Positions 1 to 11,912 of a stretch of 64,000 nucleotides of DNA are shown here, piece after piece. The position numbers and the translations under genes were made by a program. How positions within the stretch are numbered: the stretch's first letter is position 1; the number at the start of each line of letters is the position of its first letter. A model generated the notes under the pieces. It worked only from the letters and a program-made list of their open reading frames with translations. It was not told the DNA's origin and searched no databases. This DNA comes from Paraspadella gotoi (lineage: Eukaryota; Animalia; Chaetognatha), in contig CM119263.1 in NCBI GenBank assembly GCA_051294375.1, positions 19,342,656-19,406,655 of the forward strand. Direction: 5' to 3'.

Positions 1-283
1 GGGTGCTTGTGAGCGACCACGTCATCTCTCGCACGGTCGAGGACGAGATGGAGTTTCAGCTCAAACAGTCCGACGTCTCCCTCTTGTGCCAGGTAAAGAA
101 AAATTGATCGATATCTCTAGTTTAAATAGTTCAAATTATTCGACGGCATTTTATATCATCATCTCCCCGTGATTTGTTCATTTTAAGGTGAAAAAGATTC
201 CCCACATAAGCATCCTAGAGGAGGTGGTGGACCCGAAGAAGAACCGGTTCGTCCTTCGTCTCAACTCGGAAACGAGCGTCTGA
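1..283 (+). CDS. Vang: Van Gogh/Strabismus planar cell polarity protein, last two exons (partial)
   Basis: Exons <1-92 and 188-283 joined by a GT-AG intron translate ...[30 protein letters not shown]|[31 protein letters not shown]. This matches the Vangl C-terminus with its ETSV PDZ-binding motif. Confidence 0.92.
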
Positions 284-1286
284 AAGGATCGAAGGATCGA
301 CCGCGATCGTGGAATCCTGAAGGAGAGGATTACTCATCCCAAAACAATCTACAAGGAAAGCTCATCTCAGTGACGACAAAAACAAACAACAAACTGGAAA
401 TCCTTCATAACTCACCTCACCTCACCTCTCGTTCTTGCATCTCCCGCCAAACAGAATCCTCTTCATCCTCCCTCCCCTTTCATGTCCCCCCCCTCCTCTT
501 TCGCCCATTCAATCCGCACAGTCATTAATTATTAATAATTGATTAGTTCTTCATTCGATCATGAGACTAAGAGGCGTTTCCATGGCGACTCGTTTCTCGT
601 CAAATCCGCTATTTAGGCACTAAAGTCAACATTATAATTCCCGTCATCGTGTAAATACTTAAAATTGTATTCGTTGAAAATTTTCAATTTATTCGTCTTT
701 CGTTTCTGTATAAGTTTTTTTGAAATAAATTAACGAATTGTTGCCATATTTATGTGTATTTCATTTTGTTTTCATTAAAAAAACAAGTCATGGCTCTTTT
801 AAAACTACTACCAAAATCTTTATATTATTAATACAGCGTCAGAGAGAGTGAAAAAGTGGTAAATGGGAGGTAGGTAAACTTAAATATGCCCCGGTACAAC
901 GGCATTAAAAAAATGAAAACAAAATATAAAGGGTAAGTAAATCAAAAATTCGTATACACCAAACGACTACCTAACCAGTCAACCTCGATACCAATTCTGA
1001 GAGAAGAGTAACAAAAAATGTTTAGTATCGTCAATACATACATTCGTACGATTAAAAAAAAAATAACAGTTGAAACAAATTTGTAACAAAATTCGCTGGC
1101 TAAGACTTCATCAAACTCCTCCGTTGAGCATCTGAAATGAATATAAAATAAAACGAATATAAAGAAACGAAATGGAATCCATACGATCCAAGAAAGTCGA
1201 GCAGCGACTCTCCAATCTCCACCTAACCGCACTACCCCATCGTTCCCCCCGATAGGCGATTGGTGGGTCCGGAGAAGAGCGGGAGT

Positions 1287-4200
1287 TTAACCTGGAGGTC
1301 TCTCTACGCAAGCTTTCTCAGTGCCCCTCCCCCCCCCCAGAAACCCCCTCACCTCCGCGTCGTCCTCCTGCGCTTCCAACTCGTCCTCATCCTCCCCGCG
1401 AATCTCCGTCTCAGCGAAGATCCTCAACAGGAAGGACCCTTCCTGATCTGGCTTGAAGGCGGACGGCACCACCACGTATGGTCCGGGCGGGAGGAGGAAC
1501 CGCTTAGACGTCTCCCTGTACCCGGGAGATTTATTTATTTTTATTTTATTTTTTTTAAATTTTATTATTTATTATTTTTAATGAGGACATCTATGCATTT
1601 TCATTTGTTGCGTTTATTTATTTATTTATTTATTTATTTATGTATTTATCACATTGTGGCGACGACAACGTCAATATTTATTTCATTGGTGATTTTATCA
1701 TGACGAAAACACTTTTTTTTTTCAATTATCTTATCTTATAAAATTTTTACTTTCCTCTCCACGATTCTCTACCTGGCGTTTGTAAACGGAACCGTGGCGA
1801 TCGGCTTTCTCTGGAACCTCTCTTTGGGCAGGGGTTCTCCCGTCCTCAACATTTCCTCGTCCTGCTCTTCACAGTTGAAGATGGTGACGCCTCGTGAGTA
1901 AGTTTGGAACGTGTTGCGTTTCCCTGGAGACGAGGGAGAGTCACTTTGAAGGCTAGCGACTAAGTCAACTCTTTTGACAGTGGAAATTACACGGTTTTGG
2001 AAATAAGCAGTAAAAATCTTTGGAAGAGAAACAGAGTAAGCAACGGCGAAGTCATAATATTTACTTGTATTCTGTATAGTGTTTAGTAAACACTGTTTAC
2101 TGTCGAAATAAAAAGACATGAAGCGTTTGCGAAAGCGTGGATGATTTTTTTTACAAAAATCCTTAATAATATGTATGTATGATTATTTAAAGGGGTGAAG
2201 TAATCAATGAAGCCGTTTGAAAAATTAAAGCGAAATTTACTTACCCGGTTCTCCTGCTGTCTCAAAAAAAAAAATCCAAAATAGAATTAGGCGCAACAAA
2301 GTAAGTGTGAGTGTGAGTAATTCATCATCTCATCACGTCAACCCAAGGATGAACACAGATTAAATAATAAATATAGAAAAAAAAGAGTATTTTTTACACT
2401 TTTACATTAGCAATCAAACTACTATCTAATAAAATAAAAATAAATTCGTTTAAATCTTATTTAAAAAAATCCCAACTTACCCGGTGTTGTCTCTTTGTGC
2501 ATAATAGCAATGAGGCAAGAAGCCATGTCGTCGTCGTCCGTTTCAATGTCGGTCAACGTAATCCGGATTTGAGGATTTGTGTAGAACGAATCTAATGAAA
2601 TCGCATTGATTTGTACAAAAGCAATTGAAAAGCTGTTTTTGAAGGAGCCTCACATGCCCTGAAACCGGGACAAAGTATGTACCTACCTACGTAGTTGCGA
2701 CATCCGCCGGCGTTGACGCCTTTGGTCCACTTGCCGTGAAACTGCAGCAACTTCCACCCGATGTTATCGTCGGCGTCGTCGTCCAGACTCTCCGCCCGAA
2801 GGTTGCACAGCTACGCGATCAAATGTTTCGGTATTTAGGAAATGTGCAATATGCTTATTAGTGAATCATTGCAAGGTTTGGATCTACTTTATCCGTTCAT
2901 ACTTCACTAGTAAATTTTGCACAAATCAAGAAGCAACCGAGTTACAAAATTTTTATAAATAAAAGAATAGAAAAAATTAAGCAAAAATATAAAAGCCGCC
3001 CTAAAAACACACCCCCCAAAAAAATAAATGGTCTAGACTAATGGATCATCGTCAAATTCATTCATTCCGTTAAATTTTGAAACCTGAATGTCGTCGAAAT
3101 ATTTTTTAAAATCGTCCCAACTCATCCAAAATTCTCCGTCTTGCTCAAGACTGAGTCCCAGTTCCTCCTTGGACGCCTCGTCCAAAGCGTTCCACTCGTC
3201 GGAGCCTGGGAGAGGATTCATATTTCCACAAGATCATAAAGTATTTTACATCAATTAGTTCCCTCAATATTAAATAGACGACTCGCCTCGTTTATAAACG
3301 ATCGACTGCTTAACTTCCTCAGTTTCGTTGGCGCCGAAGCAGAAAGACTCCCCGGCTAATTTGCAGGAGGCGTAACTGGTGAATCCATGTTCACGGGGCT
3401 CGGTCCCTATCTGACCATGGCGGAGGGAGAATTAATTTAAATATATTGGTACATGTAGGATTGGGTTACTTGATTCTTTAAATCGGTCTGGTGGATCGAT
3501 ATAATTTATTATTTGGAGTTTTCTTTCTCTTTCGTCGCGATTAGAGATTTAGAGTTTTAAATCAAATTCGGCAGGGATAATCCAATTTTTACAAAATTGT
3601 TTCGACTTTGGTTTCAAATCATTTGCGCTGATGAAGACTTGAAACCAAAGTCGAAACGTGTCCGAATTTTGAAAAAAACAAAATTAAATTATCATAAAAC
3701 TTTTCAAATATAATTTATTTTAATTTTTGATTGACTGATTGATTTTTTTTTAATTTAATGTTTATTTGATTGTTTTATTGATCGACTGATTTTATTGGAT
3801 CTACAATCTATTTGTTTTATTGTTTGAAATTTTTTTTTAAATTTCACTACTTCATCAAATTAGTAAAGGCAACACGACAGTTTTCCATCTCTTCTCACCA
3901 TGCAACAACCATTTTCGTAAGCAACGAGATTCTCCTGGCAACCCTTGACCATCCTGAAGACCGACTGAATATTTTCCCTGAGGACATCGTTGGTGAGAGG
4001 GCACCAGCCTTCGGGCGGATCCGCCGCCCGTTCCACCAGCTGGAAGCGACAGTCTGTCAGAGACAGGATTTAAAAACGTAATAGAGAGCATTGCTTTGCA
4101 TTTTAACTTTAACATGATATCACGTTATCAAAGCTGCTTACCGTCCGACCAAGCCCCGTTCCACTCAACTCCTATAGTACAAAAAAAATTATCTAAGAAA

Positions 4201-7200
4201 CGCAGATTTGTTAATTAATCATTTGCAACTTTGTTATCTAAAAAATGACCTCTGGCTCCGTGAGGATTTCGAATCCGAACTAGTTTGGTGTCATTAATCT
4301 AAAAAATAAAAATGCGTTAGTAGTGCTTTTAACTATAAATTAGAAATAACAAAATACCTTATTTTATGTTCTATGATGAGTTATTAAATGACAATACTTA
4401 AATCCTATGCATGAACTGACCACTTTCGCGTCAGTGAGACTGTAGGCGTGTCCGGCGATGAGCCCGCAACTCAGAGTCGATTCACCGGATTTTCCTTTGA
4501 TGGGATTTATGCCACAACTGGTGAGAATTAAAAGCTGATAATGACTATTGACTATTGACTAATGACTAATAATGACAATAAATTGTGAAAAAAAAACTTT
4601 TCCAATTCCCCTAATCTCTAGCTCTGGCAATAAAGGTCACCGGTCCTCACCCAACCAAAGCTCCTTTCCCTAGGGCCTGCATTAGCAATGGGTGAAGCTT
4701 CGCGTCGTCAGGGAGTTTCTTGAGTTGCCAAGTTTCCGTGACGCCTCCAGTGAAGTCGCGCATAGCGACGATGGGTTGGCCGCCTTGTAGGGCGAAAAAC
4801 GATCCGTGAACCCTTAGCATGGAAAGAGTGAGAAAAAAAAGTAAAATAGAAACTGAATATATTTTATTAATGTTTTTATCCATAACGGGCATTACGGATT
4901 TGTTAGAACAGCCAAAAACTTCTTAAACCTAATTCTGTTAAAATAACTTAAACGGCGTCAAACTCAGATGTTCATTTGAAAGGCGAATTTGTTAAAAAGG
5001 TCCAAAGAGGGCCCATGCCATGGCTGCATCAAAGATTAAAGATAAGATGAAAAACTGACTCATAGAGCTTCTATACTGAGTAAACTTTGAACAGGGAATT
5101 GGCCATAAAGGTTTATTTAGTTTATGAAGCGTTTGGTACTGACGCATTCGTTTGTAAAAATGTACTGTAACCGAAGCGATGTTCTTTTTTTCTTCTTCAA
5201 CGATTCTCTTTTCGGAATCTTCGAGTTCCTCATTATTAAAAGAATCTGTTTTTATAAAGTAGAAAATTTGAAACGTTTAAATTTCGTTATCTTTTTAAAT
5301 AATGTTTACATTTTAGATAACTCTATGTTTCATACATTTTAAACTCCTCCCAGGCGATGGATCGCGTCACTCCTTCGTGCCTCATCATCACCACTGTGTC
5401 CCTCGTCGTCTTCTACTGCCTTCTCTTCGGCATCGATCCCCGCCGATTCCTTCGCCGATCAAAGGAGTTGACGTTGAAGGATCTCAAGTCCGAAAACGCT
5501 CTCAGACTTAGAGAGGCGCGAGTCTGGCTCGAGGATTTCCAAGAAAAGAGTCGATCGGAAAGTAGCATCCATCCTCATAATTTAAAAGGCCTTCGCAAAC
5601 CTCTCCCCCAAACCCCAACCTCTTTGAATCACCGCCCGTCTATAGAAATAGTCGTAGTAACAACGCCCCGCCGCGGAGATTTTTTCACGCTGACGCAAAC
5701 GGCGGCGACAATGGGGCGTCTCTCGCGTCTACAGCATAACTTCGACGTCGTCGTCGTGGTTTGTGACGTCGCGTCCGGGGTCCACGAGGAGGCAGACAGT
5801 CTTGCCGACGCGTTTACTATCTGGAAGAAGCCGGGCCAGGTAAGCCTTCTTTTTTTATCATTTCTTTTTCAACGATGTCAACTCCTACCTCTAGAATTCC
5901 TCTAATTTCCTCGCAGCCCAAAGATTTCGAACTAAACATCTTCGAAAAGGAAAAACGCGACTACGTGTTTTGCCTCAACTCGACGAGACATTCCGATTTC
6001 GTTCTGATGCTAGAAGACGACGCCGTCGCTCACGACGACTTCTTCCCCGTTCTCGCTAACGTCCTCTCGCGGACGAAGCGTTATCCCGAGATCTCCTCGG
6101 CCCTCTACCTCAAACTCCACCATCCCGAGAGCCTGCTGGGATGGCTCAACCCAGAACCCGCCAGGCTGCTGGAGTGGGTGATCCTATCCTTTGTCGGAAC
6201 GACTGCGACCCTGTGGACGATGGAGAAATTGGTCCGAAATGGAAAAAGGACCACTTCTGGACGCCTGCGCAACTGGACGCGTCTTTTTCTCGCGTTCCTC
6301 GTCCTGCTGGAGCTCGTGGGCCGAAAAAACTTGATCCGGGTCAAACGGCTCCACCCGAGCCTCTACGGAGTCTTCCCCGCCCCGGATTGCTGCACTCAGG
6401 CCAACCTATTCCCCAGAAAAACGGTGGAATTGGTCGTCGAAACTCTCGACGTTGAGGAGTGCAACCGTACCTATGCCAAGGACGCCGCATTAGACGCGCT
6501 GAAGCGGCGCCACCCCGTGGGAGCGTTTTCGGTGGAACCGAATCTCGTGAAACACATTGGACTTTACTCTACGTTAAGAAAATCACCGACCGTTAATCCG
6601 CTGAGCTTGTGAATGAATATAATGAAATTGGATGGAAGGAAAATGAAGCAAAGAGGCAGCGTGAACTCGGGAAGAATGGAAGAAGGAATAAAAAGGCGAA
6701 GAAAATAAGCGAGAGAAGAAATGCGGAAATGATGGCAGTAAATGAATCGTAATGAGAGATGAGATATTTATGCCTTATTGTCTCGTACTTATTTTGTTTA
6801 TATTATTTCATTCTAATATACAACAGCGCTTAATTATACTTTTTGGTATAGTTAATCACAGATATTTAAGTAGATTAGGTAATAGGTAAGTATTATAAGT
6901 AAATAAGCTTACTTTGCATAAGCTTTCTCAAAGAGAGCCGGCCAAAACTCGTTCTTTGATGAGCCCTGGCTATGAAGAAAGACCAATTCGCCTTTGTTGG
7001 TTGGAAGGAAATCGTCGATGCAAACCTCCACCCAATCACCGTAACGCCAAAAACGAAATCTGATTGGTCAAAGATGATTCGATTGACTGGTGGGATTTTT
7101 AAAAACCCAGGATTCTCAAAAATATATATAAAAAAAATTTTATTCTTAGGAATAGGACTTAGTTAACGAGCGACATATTAGTTGTACCAATATCATAAAC

Positions 7201-8988
7201 GATTAACCTATACTAAAAATTGAATTATTGATAATGATTGATTTAAAAATGATTTGATCGCTGCTTGCCTGAAAACTCCGCAGTATTCGTCCTCGGTGGA
7301 GAATCCTTGCTGAGGATCCACCACTTTGTCAAAGAGTTTGTCGTTTTCGCAAAGTGCGGCGATTCCCGCCATCAGCCAGCAGTTTCCCATTCGTCCCTGC
7401 GCGGACGAAGTAACCGTTAGTCAATAGCCAATAATCACGTTGGAGTCATGGACCGAGTTGGATTGAGAGTAACTCACCTGATTGATGTCATGACGACTTG
7501 CGCCATCTACAACGAATTCAGGATGACGAAGATTTTCGGGAAAATTGGCTACGATTTCCTGATAAGGAACATTTATTTTCTTTACACTTTTCGTTTCTAT
7601 TCTGGTTATTTTGGAAATTTAATTATAATTAATAATTAAATTTTAATAGAGATAATTTAATTATTTACCATTTTATTTTTCCCTTCGTCCGCTTTGTCAC
7701 TCCTATCTTTTATACTAGTTATGCGTGTATAACTGTATATATACACTTTTTTTTCTTATTTTAATTGATTGAATTTCATTTTAATTTTGAGTCGCCATGT
7801 TTTACGAAAAATTTTCTTTTTAATTTTCCTCCGCTTATCCATAAATCTTGCGCATTTTTTTACCTTCATATTATTCTTATTTGATTTGTAACCGTATACA
7901 ATCGCGTTCAATAACAATCAAGTTCTATAGAAAAATAATTTTCAGCTAACTCACCGGTTTGTAAGTGTTAAAAAACTGTACATACATAGCATATCATCGC
8001 TGGAGATCAAACCACCTCGGAACCAAAAACGGATCGGAGACCGGGGCAAATAAGAAAATGAAGTTTAATTATTTCGGCCAAACCGCTAATCATCCAAATT
8101 CAGTCGGCTTGCGAAGCGGTTTAGCAGGAAATATAATCATTGATAAAACCTGTTTTATAACTCAGTAGGTTAAAGAGGAGGTTAAGAGGAGGTTAAGGAG
8201 GTTAAAGATCTTTACATACGCCCTTTCATTAACCAATAATCGTAATGTTCACTAATCCATTTTGTTTATACCTAACCAAAGAGCAACATACCCCAAAGCA
8301 AATCGCACATGTAAAGAAGCTAAAAGTATGAATTTTTTTTGCCCTTCGCTTTCTCATTTTATTTTCAAGTCATTCGATAAGACTGTTCAGTGTTCACTGT
8401 TCAGTGTTCAGTCCATCAGCGCCGTGACAGAGCATTAGCCGCATTCGATTCACTTTTATGTAATGTCAATTGTCCGCGACAATACTTTCACATCATCGCT
8501 TATCTCACTTGCGGTCGCATCCATTTGATTTCGCATCCGAAGTCGGACCCGATGCTTTTCTCGTTGGCGGGAAATTCCAAGTCTTCGAACAAGGTCCCAT
8601 TTGTGAAATGTTCCGACTAAAATACATAATGGGGTTAATGAATATCAAAAATATATAGAATAGTTGAAAAGTAATATACTAAATTACATTGTGTAAATCC
8701 TTTCTTTCGTTTTGTTTGTGATTTAGAGAGAGTTTGATTTTAGTTTTTGAACAACGATTTTATTAGTATCAATGAAAATGTTTCGACTTTGATGCAAGTC
8801 TTCATCAGCCAAATTACATTAACATAGTAACATAAAACCGGTAAGGATGAAAATTATTGGAAACAACAATGGCTGTCAGGAAGTTTTAGCTAAATCAACA
8901 ATGTTTGAAACCCTTATTAAACATAACTTACCGTAATCTGATCATAAATTTGACTCTTACAGTACGGAATCGGTTTGGCCGACGTCAT
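1287..8988 (-). CDS. Calpain-family cysteine protease (CysPc + C2-like domain III, no penta-EF-hand seen)
   Basis: Exons: 8988-8932, 8616-8509, 7558-7478, 7396-7269, 7059-6913, 4812-4651, 4517-4421, 4298-4250, 4171-4142, [4053-3899, 3410-3287 optional], 3205-3084, 2810-2687, 2591-2481, 1923-1773, 1515-1287. Motifs: [16 protein letters not shown] (catalytic Cys), [18 protein letters not shown] (His), RIRNPHG (Asn), [45 protein letters not shown]. The exact 3' end is uncertain. Confidence 0.93.
3622..3666 (+). ncRNA. Minimal type I hammerhead ribozyme motif (PLE-type) in a calpain intron
   Basis: CTGATGA-A-GACTT(gaaacca)AAGTC-GAAA-CGTG-TC. A partial inverted copy at 3599-3617 forms a hairpin with it. 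Confidence 0.65.
5357..6612 (+). CDS. PGAP4: PGAP4/TMEM246 GPI GalNAc-transferase, nested in a calpain intron
   Basis: Exons 5357-5839 and 5917-6612. N-terminal TM anchor, [19 protein letters not shown] (GT-A acidic motif), LYLKLHHPE, two inserted TM helices, [25 protein letters not shown]. Confidence 0.88.
8778..8812 (-). ncRNA. Degenerate minimal hammerhead motif
   Basis: The reverse complement reads GGCTGATGA-A-GACTT(gcatca)AAGTC-GAAA-cattttc, with stem III and the cleavage site decayed. The flank 8700-8780 resembles the flanks of the other copies. Confidence 0.55.
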
Positions 8989-10268
8989 TTTATCTGCCGA
9001 GTATGATGGAGGTTAAGTCGAATCCAGTTTGCGCTCTAGGGACAAAAACGAACGCAGCAGATCTGCGACGAGGAGACGAGAGATTAAACGGCTTTGGCAT
9101 AACTAAGAGTAAGACCAACCGAGTAAAAACTCGTTTTGATCCGACCTGTTTTTGGAGAGAGGGAAAAGGAGAAAAAAGGTAAGGGAGAGAGCAAATGACG
9201 TAAAAAAAAAAGGAAAAAAAAGAAAAGATCGCGAAGACCAACGTCAAGAGAAAAGCCTTAAGTATCGATCGTTTTAGGAAGTAAACACCGAAGCCGGAAC
9301 CAATATTGCAACTTTCAAAAAAAAGGGGACCAGATCACGACTAACAGATTGTTGTCAAATATTTGCTTCTTTTAATACTGATAATAAAAGGGGTTTTCAA
9401 AGATTTCGACCGAGTTTTATGATTCAGAACGTATTCTTGATCTCCAGCCTGGGTAATTTTAATTGAATAATTGTACTGAGAGAGAATGTGGTAAATTTAA
9501 GGTGACAGGTTTTGGTAGAGAGAGAGGATGAGTAGTATTTTTTATGGTACTTTTCACTTAGAACAGTACTTTTAGAATAACTGGTTTTTTTTTTCTGTTT
9601 CACTTCTCGGAATGCGGATTTAAGACCAGTTGAGATAAAAAATCTACATCAGGATTACCATTTCTTTTGTCCCCGGATGCGGCACAAAAAAAAAAACACG
9701 AAAAAAGGGACCTCAGAAGGGAAGCTTTTCGTACTGAGACCATATCATAACCTATTACCTAATACTATTAACGATAAGTCCAATAAAGATGGTAGTGTGG
9801 CAACAACAACAACAACACGTGACCTTATCAAATCAAGAACCCTGACCGAAATTACTCCTCACTCAATCGCTGACGGTCACCACGGTCATCAGTGACTCTC
9901 TCCCGGTTGTCCTCAGCCGTTTCCTTGTAAAGTTATTGTTTACGGTTTTAGACTTATCATTTTCACTTGTTTATTTTTGTATTTGTTGTTGGAGAATAAA
10001 CTCATTCTATCTGAACCTCGTCCCGTTTACTTGTCACAGTAGGACATTTGTAATTCGATGGAAGGAAACCGATGCTTAATTGAAATGTAACACATATTCT
10101 TTCTCCCAACGAAATTGCGCAAACAGCGAACAGAAAACCAGTGTCATACAACAGATCTTTACTCACCTCGATTGCTTTTCTTCCTTCACCCACTTTTTTT
10201 TTTATTTTCTTTTATTTTTTCCATATTTATTTCTTTTTCTCTTTTCTTGTACTAGCCCACATTCGAAA

Positions 10269-11408
10269 ATGTTAATCCCTGGTATGGGCCTTCCCGTCAT
10301 TTGGGAACAAACGAACGTCCTGATAATCGCCTGTCGAGGTTTCGAGTTCGCGCCCCTCGTATCGACGATACTCGTTGTTTTCAGGTGACCCTCACGGTGA
10401 AGATGTTGAGTTAAATCAAATAATATTTAATAATCAATGTGATTCGAGAGTTAGTTAAAAATTTTGAATTAAAATAGCACGTTCGTCATTAATACTTTAC
10501 TCAAATCAATGAAATAAATATGTAAAATGGATAACTTAAACTTGGCATTCATGATTGTAAAGCCAAAAACCAACTATAATCTATTATTCTCAGACTTAGT
10601 CAGTTGGCGAGAGACATTCACAAGTTCCCCTTCGATCGGTGGTCGGTGCAAACGATCATGAGGGTAGGAGTTTCCTCGAATCGTGATTCCTAGTAACCTT
10701 ATTCAAAAAAATAAATAAAACCGACGCAGGTGGGCTTCGTACTCATATGCATTCCCGCCTACTTCATGATGATGTATCGTCAGATGCACCTGTGGATCTC
10801 TTTCGGCGACTTTTGTCCGCACACAACGCGATACTACTTCCTCCCTCTATATTCGCTCGCCGTCGCCTTTTTTCTTCACACGTACCCGCTAGAAAGATTT
10901 GTGCCGGAAATGTTCGGTCAGTTGATATAGTGTAGTTAAATAGCCGCATGTTTTGTTTTTTTTTTAAATTTTAATTTCCCACTGCGCCCAAGGCGTTCCA
11001 ACGACGCTCCCCTGTACCGCCCCATGGAAACGCGAGCTGATGCGAATGAGGGCCATCCAAGAGATGAACGACAACGCATTAGTCAACGGGGCGGACGGAG
11101 ACAAAGACAGACCGGACGGGGACAAGGGTAACTCGGGAGCAAACAACAACAACAACGCTATTCCACAGGACAACGGTACCGGTGATTACATCCGAGGCAG
11201 CAACCACACCTTCAATGTAAATCGCTATTATGGAGTTAGGAAGGTTCCATCTAACTTGAAGCATAACAGGTATAAAGTTTGTGTAAAGCTTGTGGAAACG
11301 TTATTCAAATATTATGACTGGTCTTACTTCTCCAGGATGTCCAGAAGAGGCTACAGAGTTTGCAGCAGCCGATTCGACTATTACGATCTTCCAATCCCTG
11401 CTTATTAA
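10269..11408 (+). CDS. Uncharacterised multi-pass membrane protein, paralogue 1
   Basis: Exons ~10269-10384, 10594-10662, 10730-10916, 10992-11269, 11336-11408 with GT-AG boundaries. Hydrophobic segments and exon-by-exon homology to 11913-13107 support it. The start codon is uncertain. Confidence 0.75.
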
Positions 11409-11912
11409 AATAAAATCAGACAGTGGTTGAAAATTTTTTGGGAATAAGAATAAGAATTGCATTCAAATCTACTGATGAGATTGTTGCACCATAAATGATT
11501 ATGAAATGAATGAAGTGTGAAGTAATAATGGTTCTTCCATCGCTAAAAAGATTTTGAATTATGAAATTATATAAGACGTGTTTTTTATTAAATTTTCGTT
11601 ACGTAAATAGGCTTAACGTTTGTCTAGTTTTGGTAAAATCAAGTCCTATTCTTGAACTCTCACGTCATATTCTACCAACGAAATATACGAATATAATATT
11701 CGATATTTGAAGTGAATGGTTGTATGGCTTCAAGTTTATGAATATAACTAATAACCGAAGTTAATGGTGGAAAATACTGGTAGGAAAAGCGCTTACGCGA
11801 CTTTTCTTCTCCTACCAACCCTTCTGTTTTTTTATTTCTTTTTTTTTTGTTTGTTTTTTTTTCTTCTTTTTTTTTTCTTTTTTTTGGGGGGGCCAAACCG
11901 ACGAGGACGAAG

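Noticed and set aside
576-589. Near-perfect X-box GTTTCCATGGCGAC
   Set aside because: It lies in the Vang 3' UTR between convergent genes, with no promoter nearby to support a function.
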